Part shown: positions 40,572 through 50,006 of the stretch, piece by piece | Layout: each line of letters opens with the position of its first letter | Position numbering within the stretch: position 1 is the first letter of the stretch | NCBI GenBank assembly: GCA_964442455.1 | Contig: CAYTZB010000001.1 | Coordinates: 85,910 to 149,909, forward strand | Direction of reading: 5' to 3' | From: an uncultured Gammaproteobacteria bacterium | GTDB lineage: Bacteria > Patescibacteriota > Microgenomatia > UBA8517 > JACQJR01 | Length of the DNA: 64,000 bases | Notes under the pieces: generated by a model | Seen by the model: only the letters and a program-made list of their open reading frames with translations | Databases searched by the model: none | Told to the model about the DNA's origin: nothing | Position numbers and translations under genes: made by a program

Positions 40572-41147
40572 CTACCTTCTCGGGAGTATGATTGAAGTTG
40601 GCGGCTCAAGCGAAAGGTTTCCCATCTTCAAAAACATACACGCAAGTGCAAACCCATAATCATCTTTTAATGACTCGGGTACTGTTAATGCTTCTCTGAA
40701 TCTGCGTGGCCATAATACCTTTATTACTCTCTCCCCGTTTTCTCGCTTGGAACTTTCAAGACCGGCTACGACTTCTACATGAGGCAAAAGCGACAAGATA
40801 AGTTGTCGAGCCAACGGATCGCGAGTGTTAGGGAATGGTTGTCTCGGAAGTGATTCAATAATCCCATTAACCAGATTAAGTTCTTGTTTCACTTCTTCTT
40901 GTGTGGTTGCGGTGAAATCAAATTCCATAAAACGGATAGTCCCTGAAATTTCATCAAAATAGACGATATAGACACTCTGTAGATGTCTTGTCTGGTCAGG
41001 TCCTATTTGTGCTCGGGTAGGTCGGACAATTCTATGACGGAATTCTTCTGACATGTAGAGTTGTTCAAGAAGATCTGCAACACGTGCCTGATCGCTTGAT
41101 TTAAGCTGTTCTATTATTGGGGCAATACCAGTACGTTCCTGCCGCAT
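40572..41147 (-). CDS. Hypothetical protein (191 aa)
   Basis: ATG-initiated ORF divergent from 41230. No family recognised. Confidence 0.5.
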   Translation of the reverse strand: MRQERTGIAPIIEQLKSSDQARVADLLEQLYMSEEFRHRIVRPTRAQIGPDQTRHLQSVYIVYFDEISGTIRFMEFDFTATTQEEVKQELNLVNGIIESLPRQPFPNTRDPLARQLILSLLPHVEVVAGLESSKRENGERVIKVLWPRRFREALTVPESLKDDYGFALACMFLKMGNLSLEPPTSIILPRR

Positions 41148-41229
41148 ATAGGGTGTCAGTATAGCACTTGCCCGATACCTCCTTCAATTTCTGTCCGAGT
41201 TTTAGTATAATACCTCGAGAAGAACAAGT

Positions 41230-41883
41230 ATGAGACCAGAACAGGGAAGGGGTATTACTCCTTCACAAATTATTACACAAGCAGAGATGACGACGTTGCT
41301 ATCCGAGAGAAGTGGACATCCCTTTTCTCTGTTGCGAACGCGTGCACTCGCACTTAATTATGTCGGGAGGGAAGCGGTTAATTCGGTATTAGATAGGTTG
41401 GGCACAAGAGGGAATATAATTGCAGCAATTTCACCAGATACTCGTTTCTATGCACGGCGATTACAAGGAACACAACAAGAGCAGATATTTGACGAAGGAG
41501 TTGGGTGTATTATTCTTGGAACAACCATTCTTTCTCTTGAAGATGCTATTTTAGACTGGGAGTGGAAGGACAAACTGCTTGAGGATAATTTCAACCGCGT
41601 GGTTAGTGGTACTCCTCTGCCAAAACTGCCTTTAGAAGCGATTGTCCGAAAAACTCCGGCAAATAAAAGAGATATATCTCCCAAACAAGTCTTCGATCGG
41701 ATATTACGGGAGGCGGCGCGCGATACAAGTTTTCAAGGATTTTTTACGTCCGAAGGCATGGAAGTTAACCCTCCGGCGGTGGTTAGTACGTTCCTTCGTG
41801 CGAATGAACGGTCAGTCAGAGCAGCATTACTTCTCTATCGTGAAGTCGTTGCTGCGGGTTTAAAGCAGCATCTTCAATTTTGA
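41230..41883 (+). CDS. Hypothetical protein (217 aa)
   Basis: ATG-initiated ORF preceded by TAGTATAAT. No family recognised. Confidence 0.5.
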   Translation: MRPEQGRGITPSQIITQAEMTTLLSERSGHPFSLLRTRALALNYVGREAVNSVLDRLGTRGNIIAAISPDTRFYARRLQGTQQEQIFDEGVGCIILGTTILSLEDAILDWEWKDKLLEDNFNRVVSGTPLPKLPLEAIVRKTPANKRDISPKQVFDRILREAARDTSFQGFFTSEGMEVNPPAVVSTFLRANERSVRAALLLYREVVAAGLKQHLQF

Positions 41884-41907
41884 TTCCTTTTTATGTACAA
41901 TTGAGGC

Positions 41908-44877
41908 ATGGCAAAGCGAACAGAAGGACCTTTCTTTAAGCCGGTATCCTCTCACCCTGACTTTCCAAAGATGGAGAAGGAGCTGCTTTCCCATTGGTAT
42001 AGAGCGGGAATTGTCAAGAAATATCTCACAAAAAATAATAAAAGCAGAAAACTGTTTCGTTTCTTAGACGGGCCAATTACCGCCAACAATCCCATGGGAG
42101 TTCATCATGCGTGGGGACGAACGTACAAAGACCTATGGCAACGCTATAAAAATATGCAAGGGTATAGGCAGCGGTTTCAAAACGGATTTGACGCGCAAGG
42201 ATTGTGGGTTGAGGTGAATGTGGAGCGGGAGTTGAAACTTAAAAGTAAACACGATATTGAGAATTTGGTCCCAGGGGACAAATTCCGCTCTATTGCCCGC
42301 TTTGTTGAGGCGTGTAAAGAAAGAGTGAACCACTTTGTCAAAGTCCAAACCTTGCAATCAAAACGCCTGGGATATTTTATGGATTGGGATAACTCATACA
42401 TTACATACTCCCCCGAGAACAACTATATGATTTGGAACTTCTTGAAAAGGTGTCATGAGCGGGGTTTAGTTTATGAGGGGTTGGATGCGGTGCCGTGGTG
42501 TCCGAGATGTGCGACTGCCATATCAAACCACGAGATTTTGACCGAAGGGTATCGGGAACTTACCCATACCGCAGTCACGCTCAAATATCCTATTGCAGGC
42601 AGAGTTAGGGAGTATTTGCTGGTGTGGACTACCACACCATGGACCCTTCCCGCAAACGTGGCAATTGCGGTAAATCCGAAGATTATTTATAGCAGAGTGA
42701 AAGTTGGGCGAGACCTGCCTGCGCAGGCAGGTATCTACTATATTGCACGTGATAGGATAGTGCCGGTTCTTGGAAGAGATGTAGAAGTGCTCGAGGAATT
42801 AACTGGCGACCGACTGCTCAATATTTCTTATAAAGGTCCTTTTGATAACTTACCTGCAGTAGATAGTGCTCGGCGCGAAAACCCACGCACATTTCATAAA
42901 ACAATTGATGGGGGAGAGCTGGTAACAAGTGAGGAGGGGACAGGACTCGTACACATTGCGCCAGGTGCCGGTCATGAGGATTTTGTGCTCGGCCGCAAAT
43001 TCGAACTTCCCACAATTATGGTTATCGATGAGCAGGCGCATTTTATAGACGGATTTGCCTTTCTCACCGGTCGCCGAGCAGCGGACGCCCGTCCGATAAT
43101 TAACTATTTAAAGAAAGAAAAACCCGAAGGTTCAAAAATGGGGTGGTTGGTGAAGCAGGAGGAGTATTCACATCGCTACCCTGTATGCTGGAGATGCGAG
43201 ACGGAACTTGTATTTCGGGCAGTACCTGAATGGTATATTGCAATGGATCCAATTCGCGAAAAAATGGCAGAAATGGCGAAGAAGATTACTTGGATTCCTG
43301 AATTTGCTAAAGAAAGGGAGCTTGACTGGATTCGCAATATGGGTGATTGGCTGATTTCAAAGAAGCGATATTGGGGTCTTGCGTTGCCTATTTGGAGATG
43401 CAGCGCGTGTGGGTGGTTTACGGTAATAGCAGGGAAAGAGGAATTAAAAGAGAGAGCAGTTGAAGGTTGGGAAAAGTTTTCAGGACATTCCCCTCACCGA
43501 CCCTGGATTGATGAGGTAAAAGTCACTTGTGAGCGGTGTAGTGAGCGGGCTTCCCGCATTCCTGATGTCGGCAATCCATGGCTTGACGCTGGTATTGTGC
43601 CATTTTCAACCCTAATAGATCCGAGGTCTAAGAAAGTTTCATACATGACGGACAAGAAATATTGGCAAGAGTGGTTTCCGGCGGACTTTATTACTGAAAG
43701 TTTTCCGGGCCAGTTTAAAGGTTGGTTTTATAGTCTTTTGGCAATGAGCGCGGTACTGGAAAACGTTCAACCTTTTAAAACGGTGCTTGGGTTTGCGACC
43801 TTGTTTGGTGAGGATGGACGACCAATGCACAAAAGTTGGGGAAATGCCGTCGAATTCGGGGAGGGGGCAGACAAAATTGGAGTTGATGTGATGCGCTGGA
43901 TGTACGCAAAAGCCTCCCCGGCCCAAAACCTATTGTTCGGCTACACACTGGCTGATGAGACTCGCAGGAATTTCCACCTCCCACTGTGGAATGTATACAA
44001 CTTTTTTGTAACATATGCTAACTTCGACAAATGGTCTCCGAGGGGGGCACGAGTACCAAAGGTACCACGAGTATCAAGCATTTTAGATAAATGGATTCTG
44101 GCACGGCTCAAAGAGATGGCGTACAATGTTGGGCAGTCTCTTGATAAATATGATGCTCAAACAGCATCAAGTGAAATAGAAAGATTTGTTGATGATTTAT
44201 CGACGTGGTATATCAGGCGTTCTCGTTCACGAGTAGGGCCAAGCAATACCGATACAACGGATAAAGAAGAGTTTTATCCTACGACTTATTTTGTATTGGT
44301 GACGCTTTCCCAACTTCTTGCACCCTTTTTGCCGTATTTGTCCGAGTTTATCTTTACTTACCTGACCCATGAAGAATCGGTACATTTGACACAATGGCCC
44401 GACACTCCCGCACCTGATACGCGGGAGATTGAACTTATTGCTACAATGCACGAGCTGCGAGAAGCGGCCCAAGTAGGACACGCTATGAGAAAAACTGCGG
44501 GCATCAAAGTGCGCCAACCATTAAATCGTGCCACAGTCGGCGCACCGAGTAAATCTCCCACACGTCCCTTTCTAACTCTTCTGGGAGAAGAGTTGAATGT
44601 TAAAGAAGTTGTTTGGAAAAAGAAACGGGTACAAAAAGCGGTTGTAACTCTCAATACACGTATTACTCCAGTTCTGGTTGAGGAGGGAGAGGCACGAGAA
44701 TTGGTGCGCAGAATTCAAGAGGAGCGGCGACGGCTTGGTTTGGGTCTAACTGAGCGCGTGCGCGTCACTGTACCTCACATACCGACGGACAAAAAGCTTT
44801 TTAATTGGATAAAAGCGAAAACGCTGGCGCAAGATTTAAGTCAGGGAGACGAATTTATTGTTACAAAAATGGAATGA
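41908..44877 (+). CDS. ileS: Isoleucine--tRNA ligase
   Basis: Class I signature region GPITANNPMGVHHAWGRT (HIGH-variant), WTTTPWTLPANVAIAVNP (IleRS editing-domain hallmark), the KMSKS-variant PMHKSWGN, and Zn-like CxxC pairs. Confidence 0.85.
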   Translation: MAKRTEGPFFKPVSSHPDFPKMEKELLSHWYRAGIVKKYLTKNNKSRKLFRFLDGPITANNPMGVHHAWGRTYKDLWQRYKNMQGYRQRFQNGFDAQGLWVEVNVERELKLKSKHDIENLVPGDKFRSIARFVEACKERVNHFVKVQTLQSKRLGYFMDWDNSYITYSPENNYMIWNFLKRCHERGLVYEGLDAVPWCPRCATAISNHEILTEGYRELTHTAVTLKYPIAGRVREYLLVWTTTPWTLPANVAIAVNPKIIYSRVKVGRDLPAQAGIYYIARDRIVPVLGRDVEVLEELTGDRLLNISYKGPFDNLPAVDSARRENPRTFHKTIDGGELVTSEEGTGLVHIAPGAGHEDFVLGRKFELPTIMVIDEQAHFIDGFAFLTGRRAADARPIINYLKKEKPEGSKMGWLVKQEEYSHRYPVCWRCETELVFRAVPEWYIAMDPIREKMAEMAKKITWIPEFAKERELDWIRNMGDWLISKKRYWGLALPIWRCSACGWFTVIAGKEELKERAVEGWEKFSGHSPHRPWIDEVKVTCERCSERASRIPDVGNPWLDAGIVPFSTLIDPRSKKVSYMTDKKYWQEWFPADFITESFPGQFKGWFYSLLAMSAVLENVQPFKTVLGFATLFGEDGRPMHKSWGNAVEFGEGADKIGVDVMRWMYAKASPAQNLLFGYTLADETRRNFHLPLWNVYNFFVTYANFDKWSPRGARVPKVPRVSSILDKWILARLKEMAYNVGQSLDKYDAQTASSEIERFVDDLSTWYIRRSRSRVGPSNTDTTDKEEFYPTTYFVLVTLSQLLAPFLPYLSEFIFTYLTHEESVHLTQWPDTPAPDTREIELIATMHELREAAQVGHAMRKTAGIKVRQPLNRATVGAPSKSPTRPFLTLLGEELNVKEVVWKKKRVQKAVVTLNTRITPVLVEEGEARELVRRIQEERRRLGLGLTERVRVTVPHIPTDKKLFNWIKAKTLAQDLSQGDEFIVTKME

Positions 44878-44878
44878 C

Positions 44879-45901
44879 ATGCGTATTGATGGTGCATTAT
44901 TGGGTGCGGTAATACTCCTTCTTGTAGTGGGCAATACTATTCTTCTCTCTGTTGAGCCGCGGCTTTTTCCGCTCCAATTTTTGTATATCGGTGCGGCCGT
45001 AGTTGTATTTTTCCTTGTTGCTAGAGTGGACGCTGCCGTATTGCGTGCCTTTGCACCCCTTGGGTATTGGCTAGTGATAATTTTTTTGGCAGTTACGTTA
45101 GTTATTGGAGTAATAAGTCATGGAGCAGTGAGATGGTTACCAATAGGACCTGTTACGGTGCAACCGTCTGAATTTGCAAAACCCGCTATTGCTTTAATGA
45201 CTGCGTGGCTCCTATCAGGAAATATTAAAAATAGCTTTTTAGCTTCTTTGTTGGTCAGCTTTTTAGCTTCTTTGTTGGTATTTATTCAACCAGATTTCGG
45301 AACCGCTGTGATTCTGGGTGTATCATGGTTGGGAGCTGTCTTAGCAAGCGGAGTATCGTTTAAAACTGTTTTTAGGTTTTTAATTTTTTTCATTCTTTTA
45401 ATTCCTTTAGGTTGGTTTATTCTAGCACCGTACCAGCGAGAAAGAATAACTTCATTTTTAAACCCGACGAGCGACCCCGCAGGTGCTGCGTACCAAGGAC
45501 GACAAGCAATGATTGCTGCCGGTTCGGGAGGACTCCTTGGCCGAGGGTTGGGACAGGGAAGTCAAACACAGCTTGCATTTTTACCAGCGCGCTCAACTGA
45601 CTTTGCATTCGCAAGCGTGGGAGAGGAGCTTGGATTCGTGGGGATGGCGCTCGTTTTGGTAGGATTTTTTGTGGTTTTTTTGAGGATTGTAGGGGTGTTA
45701 AGGGAAGCGCGCGAGCCGTTTGTGAAAGCTGCACTTGGTGGAATTTTTCTTTTTCTTTTCGCCCAAACAACGGTGAATATTGCCATGAATCTTGGTATGC
45801 TTCCCATCGCCGGTGTGCCGCTACCCCTTATTTCTGCCGGCGGCTCGGCGCTTGTCTCAACGATGTTAAGCTTAGGGATTGTCGTGGCTCTTCGGAAGTA
45901 G
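44879..45901 (+). CDS. rodA: SEDS-family protein RodA (second FtsW/RodA paralog)
   Basis: QPSEFAKP, QPDFGT, LPARSTDFAFASVGEELGF and PLPLISAGGSA motifs are present. It contains a 24-bp in-frame tandem duplication. Confidence 0.8.
   Translation: MRIDGALLGAVILLLVVGNTILLSVEPRLFPLQFLYIGAAVVVFFLVARVDAAVLRAFAPLGYWLVIIFLAVTLVIGVISHGAVRWLPIGPVTVQPSEFAKPAIALMTAWLLSGNIKNSFLASLLVSFLASLLVFIQPDFGTAVILGVSWLGAVLASGVSFKTVFRFLIFFILLIPLGWFILAPYQRERITSFLNPTSDPAGAAYQGRQAMIAAGSGGLLGRGLGQGSQTQLAFLPARSTDFAFASVGEELGFVGMALVLVGFFVVFLRIVGVLREAREPFVKAALGGIFLFLFAQTTVNIAMNLGMLPIAGVPLPLISAGGSALVSTMLSLGIVVALRK
45233..45280 (+). repeat. 24-bp tandem duplication inside rodA (SFLASLLV x2)
   Basis: AGCTTTTTAGCTTCTTTGTTGGTC followed by AGCTTTTTAGCTTCTTTGTTGGTA (23/24 identical). 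Confidence 0.9.
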
Positions 45902-45914
45902 TATAATTGCCCCT

Positions 45915-46235
45915 ATGGAACTATTTGCAATTGTACAAATTGGCAGCAAACAGTATAAGGTTGCTGAAGGGAGTGAGCTGCTTGTAGATAAGCTCAACGC
46001 GGAGAGTGGTGAGGTTACTTTAGATAAGGTTTTACTCTTTGCTCGCGGGGGGGAAGTGAAAATTGGTACCCCCACCGTTTCGGGTGTTCAGGTTGTTGCA
46101 AAAGTATTAGGACAAGAAAAGGGTGAAAAAGTGACCGTGCTCAAGTTTAAAGCCAAATCGCGATATCGAAGAAAACTTGGTTTCCGCGCTGCGTTAACAA
46201 GAATTAAAATTGAAAAGGTACTTCAAAAGAGGTAA
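45915..46235 (+). CDS. rplU: 50S ribosomal protein L21
   Basis: MELFAIVQIGSKQYKVAEG...KVTVLKFKAKSRYRRKLGFR. TATAAT (45902-45907) lies 7 nt before the ATG. Confidence 0.9.
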   Translation: MELFAIVQIGSKQYKVAEGSELLVDKLNAESGEVTLDKVLLFARGGEVKIGTPTVSGVQVVAKVLGQEKGEKVTVLKFKAKSRYRRKLGFRAALTRIKIEKVLQKR

Positions 46236-46308
46236 AACTATATCAAACCACCCTCTTGACATTTGTGAAAATTTACCGTAAATTAAATTTTAGGGAAATA
46301 GGTTAATT

Positions 46309-46557
46309 ATGGCTCATACAAAAGCAGGCGGCGCAAAAGCTGCACAAGGAAGTGAACGGCGAGGAAAGCGCTTGGGCGTGAAGATTTTTGGTGGCCAAAA
46401 GGTTCAACCGGGAGATATTTTAGTAAGGCAGCGAGGCACGAAGTTTCACCCGGGAATAAATGTAGGGATGGGACGGGATTTTACATTGTTTGCTAAGAGA
46501 GAAGGCAAAGTTACTTATAAGGTAAGGCACGGAAAGCAAATATTAACAGTAATTTAG
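46309..46557 (+). CDS. rpmA: 50S ribosomal protein L27
   Basis: [56 protein letters not shown]-17-TAAATT promoter lies upstream at 46255-46283. Confidence 0.92.
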   Translation: MAHTKAGGAKAAQGSERRGKRLGVKIFGGQKVQPGDILVRQRGTKFHPGINVGMGRDFTLFAKREGKVTYKVRHGKQILTVI

Positions 46558-46581
46558 GTTGTTAGGTGGCTAAGCCCAATT

Positions 46582-47448
46582 ATGGCTGAAGAAATAGCTC
46601 AATTACCAGTAGATGAGTTGCAACCCAATCCGCTTCAACCCCGTGGTGTTATCAGCCCCGAAAGTTTGGTTGATTTAATTGACTCAATTCGAGAGCATGG
46701 AGTGCTTGAGCCGCTTGTGGTAGCCAAGACCCCTGCGGGCCACCAGATTATTGCGGGTGAGCGGCGTTGGAGGGCCGCGAAGTTATCGGGTCTTACCCAT
46801 GTACCGTGTATTATTCGCGAGACGACACCTCAAGGGATGCTTGAGATGGCATTGGTAGAGAATGTCCAGAGAATTGATTTAAATCCGATTGACCGAGCGA
46901 AAGGATTTAAACGCTTGATGGATGAATTTAGCCTCCACAACACTCAAATTGCTCAAAGAATAGGCAAAAGTAGCGCTTATGTGTCCAATACCCTTAGACT
47001 TCTTGAACTACCGGATGCACTAAAAGATGGATTGCTCCAAGGGCTCGTTACAGAAGGACACGCCAGAGCGCTCGCTGCCATTGAAGATTCCTCCCTTATG
47101 ATTGAGGCATACAAGATTGTGTTACGAGAGGCGGCGTCGGTGCGGCGTGCAGAAGACCTTGCTCGACGTATGAAAACTCGGCTTGGTCAAGCACCCAGCA
47201 CCCCCGCTACCCCCATTGTGAGCGATGAAATTGATGAAATGGAAAAAGAACTTGAGTCCTCGCTTGGAGGAAAGGTTAAGGCCCAGGTGAAACTCCGTCG
47301 CTCACGAGTACAAACACGGCTGCTTTTTATCTTGAAAGGAGATTTAAATGAGACGGACGAGTCGCTCCAGCAAATTTATAAGGGAATTGCGCAAAACAAA
47401 GAAACCAAACGAGAGAAACAAGAATCCTCTGCCGCTGCTACTGCTTAG
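46582..47448 (+). CDS. parB: ParB/Spo0J-family chromosome partitioning protein
   Basis: LQPNPLQPR box, GERRWRAAKL, and an HTH (TQIAQRIGKSSAYVSNTLRLL). No adjacent parA and no obvious parS were seen. Confidence 0.85.
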   Translation: MAEEIAQLPVDELQPNPLQPRGVISPESLVDLIDSIREHGVLEPLVVAKTPAGHQIIAGERRWRAAKLSGLTHVPCIIRETTPQGMLEMALVENVQRIDLNPIDRAKGFKRLMDEFSLHNTQIAQRIGKSSAYVSNTLRLLELPDALKDGLLQGLVTEGHARALAAIEDSSLMIEAYKIVLREAASVRRAEDLARRMKTRLGQAPSTPATPIVSDEIDEMEKELESSLGGKVKAQVKLRRSRVQTRLLFILKGDLNETDESLQQIYKGIAQNKETKREKQESSAAATA

Positions 47449-48029
47449 AAATTCGCAAAGCTTACTCGCGGGATAATTCCAATTTTGTTTGGTGGCCAAT
47501 AGACAATCCATGCTCTCCCAATGATATCCTCTTTTTTAATAGGTCCCCAAAATCGTGAATCGGAAGAATGACCGCGGTTATCTCCAAACATAAAATATTC
47601 GTCTTGACCTAATGTGAATATCTTTTCTTCGGATAGGAATGGCCCTCCAAACGTCAGTATGGTTGCAGGAAGATAATTTTCTTGGAGCTCTTTATCGTTG
47701 AGCCACACTTTCCCCGCTTTTATTGCAATAGTATCACCAGGCAATCCTACTATCCGTTTTATAAAGTCCTCATTTCTAGTTGGCGGTGCGGCAAATACTA
47801 CTACGTCCCCTCTTTTTGGTTCGCCTATCCGATACGAGAGTTTATCGGTAAGCAAATATTCTCCATCATAAAAGTTCGGATCCATAGAATGACCACGTAC
47901 CTGGTGTGGTTGAAGGAGGAACAGGTATACAATCGCAAAAATTCCAAGTGCGAGCGCAACCGTTTGGAGAACTTCGAATAGAAAACTTCGGAGTTGTGAC
48001 ATATATCTATTATCATTATAGTAAAGCAA
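47445..48029 (-). CDS. lepB: Signal peptidase I
   Basis: TM anchor present. Catalytic boxes GHSMDPNF (Ser), KRIVGLPGD (Lys) and GDNRGHSSDSR. Confidence 0.85.
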   Translation of the reverse strand: MLYYNDNRYMSQLRSFLFEVLQTVALALGIFAIVYLFLLQPHQVRGHSMDPNFYDGEYLLTDKLSYRIGEPKRGDVVVFAAPPTRNEDFIKRIVGLPGDTIAIKAGKVWLNDKELQENYLPATILTFGGPFLSEEKIFTLGQDEYFMFGDNRGHSSDSRFWGPIKKEDIIGRAWIVYWPPNKIGIIPRVSFANF

Positions 48030-48061
48030 AAAGATATTTGCTATAATAAGTTTGTCAAGAT

Positions 48062-48135
48062 GGACCCGTAGCTCAGCTGGTTAGAGCGTTCGATTCACAT
48101 TCGAGAGGTCGATGGTTCGAGTCCATCCGGGTCCA
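48062..48135 (+). tRNA. tRNA-Val (anticodon CAC)
   Basis: Manual cloverleaf: acceptor GGACCCG/CGGGTCC, D arm GCTC-AGCTGGTTA-GAGC, anticodon arm TTCGA-TTCACAT-TCGAG, T arm GATGG-TTCGAGT-CCATC. CCA is not encoded. A TGCTATAAT promoter lies upstream. Confidence 0.9.
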
Positions 48136-48139
48136 CTAA

Positions 48140-48781
48140 ATGTTCATCATTAAAGTAATCCTTGTTTCGCTTTATATCATCCTTCTTTTTATTCCCGGTT
48201 ACACCATCGCACGGAGTTCTGACGTACTTCAGGATACATTTTCGTTAAATAATCCAACAATTGTTTACTTTTTTCTGCGCTTGGCAGCATTATACGGTAT
48301 TACCTTGCTTTTCATTCAATTAATACTGGGGGCGTTTATGCAACCATTGACGAGAGTTTTCCCAGGACTTTTGCGATGGCACATTGTTGAGGGAACAATA
48401 ACTTATGGGATAATTTTAGCTCACCCAATGCTCTATACGATTTATACTTACGAAACAATTGGAATTTTCAATCCGCTACTTACACTTTGGCCCAATTTTT
48501 CGGTGCAAAACGAATTCTACATAAGTTTTGGCAGAGTTGCCCTATATCTGCTAACTATAGGTATTATTGCGGGACTTTTTCGACGGAGTACTTTCCTTTC
48601 CCGCCATTGGCGAAAATTTCATATCTTAAACTACTTTGCATTTGCGGCAGTCCTTTGGCATTCGTGGAACATTGGCTCCGACACCCACTCAACTCCATTT
48701 ATATTTCTATATCCGCTCTTTGTTGTTGGTCTCATTGTTTCTCTCTCTTATCGCCGCATCTATCGTGTCTTAAAGAGATAA
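48140..48781 (+). CDS. Polytopic membrane protein, possibly ferric-reductase-like (di-heme) TM domain
   Basis: About 6 TM helices. Two intramembrane His pairs are spaced 13-14 residues apart (WHIVEGTITYGIILAHP; FHILNYFAFAAVLWHS), as in FRD/MsrQ-type domains. The function is tentative. Confidence 0.4.
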   Translation: MFIIKVILVSLYIILLFIPGYTIARSSDVLQDTFSLNNPTIVYFFLRLAALYGITLLFIQLILGAFMQPLTRVFPGLLRWHIVEGTITYGIILAHPMLYTIYTYETIGIFNPLLTLWPNFSVQNEFYISFGRVALYLLTIGIIAGLFRRSTFLSRHWRKFHILNYFAFAAVLWHSWNIGSDTHSTPFIFLYPLFVVGLIVSLSYRRIYRVLKR

Positions 48782-48823
48782 GATTAGGACGTATCAATTA
48801 ATTGAAATAGGTGAATATGCTTT

Positions 48824-49996
48824 TTAAGCAAGACCATCTAATAAGAAATTAACCTCTTCAAGGAGAAGATTGTAGCCATTGAGATTTATGTGATTTTCTT
48901 TTTGCGCTTCAAGTTGATTAAGAAATGCGTTGAGAATATTGCGTGCAGATTTAGTTTTTCCACTGTCTGCTTGTTGTTGCGCCGCAATGAGTTTGTCGCG
49001 TAGACCCACATAGACATCCTCATCATCAATCCATCCAAGCAACCACAGAATCTGAAGGTCTTGAAGAGAAGATTCCAACGTCGGTTCATTTTCTTCAAGA
49101 GATGGAGTGTTTGAGTCCTGGTCGTAATTAATGTGCAGTGTCTCCGGCATTCCTTCTAATGCGAGACCATTAAGAGTAGAAGGAAGATTATCTATAAGGT
49201 TTCCTTGTTTGTCATAAAGATATGCATCAAGTTGAAACGGTCCATCTCCACCTTCTATTTCAACTGTATACTCGCTCTGCGGTGGTTCTTGGAAAATAAG
49301 GACACGTAATGTCTCGCCACTTGTTGTTGTTCCATCAATGTCGTCCTCCAATGGTTCCTGAAGATAAGAAATTGCGTCAATAGGACTACCAGAGGAGTCA
49401 AAAAGAGAAATATTTGTATCCCCATCAACAACTAGCATGATTGCGGAAAGATCGGTTGAGGTAATTGTATATCTACCAAACGAAGTGAATGTGTTTCCAT
49501 ACGACTCGAGGGTTGGGCGGTCAGTATACCCTGGGTCATTGATTGCAAACGTACTATCCTGCTCTCCTTTTGCGACAACAAAATGGCTGGGTTCGCCAAG
49601 GATAATCGGATGTCCGGCATCAAGTTCGCTCGCGAGAGTGGTCATATCTGCATTTTGGATTTTTCTATACTGGAGAATTGGGTAGGCACCGTTTGCGGCA
49701 TTTTGTGCTCGTGTGTATCGTGAGATAGCAAGCCAATTTGTAACACCATTACGGATATAACCGTCGGGTTGACTCTTAAGCCATGCATTTAGTCCGCCGG
49801 GATCTGTAGGATGTCCATAAAATTGTAATATCATCGCTGCAGATGTTACCGCACATCCCCACCGCGCCATTGAAGGATCAGTTGGGTACCAACGATTTGC
49901 ATCATTGTATACATCATCTCCCCAGGGTAGTGAAAATTGCTTAAGGTCTGGGACAGGGAGAAAGGTGGGTGGCGGAACGCTTTCAACTTCTGCCAC
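48824..49996 (-). CDS. Papain-like (peptidase C39-like) cysteine peptidase domain protein with C-terminal helical domain
   Basis: WGCAVTSAAMILQFYGH resembles the C39_2/BtrH-type catalytic Cys context, with a downstream His (PSHFVVAKG). There is no signal peptide on this ORF. Confidence 0.55.
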   Translation of the reverse strand: MAEVESVPPPTFLPVPDLKQFSLPWGDDVYNDANRWYPTDPSMARWGCAVTSAAMILQFYGHPTDPGGLNAWLKSQPDGYIRNGVTNWLAISRYTRAQNAANGAYPILQYRKIQNADMTTLASELDAGHPIILGEPSHFVVAKGEQDSTFAINDPGYTDRPTLESYGNTFTSFGRYTITSTDLSAIMLVVDGDTNISLFDSSGSPIDAISYLQEPLEDDIDGTTTSGETLRVLIFQEPPQSEYTVEIEGGDGPFQLDAYLYDKQGNLIDNLPSTLNGLALEGMPETLHINYDQDSNTPSLEENEPTLESSLQDLQILWLLGWIDDEDVYVGLRDKLIAAQQQADSGKTKSARNILNAFLNQLEAQKENHINLNGYNLLLEEVNFLLDGLA

Positions 49997-50006
49997 AAAT
50001 ACACTA

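Noticed and set aside
46582-47448. Search for a parS site (TGTTNCACGTGAAACA-like) near parB, and for a parA partner.
   Set aside because: No match was seen by eye in the flanking spacers or in the gene itself, and no parA lies adjacent. This is reported as absence of evidence only.
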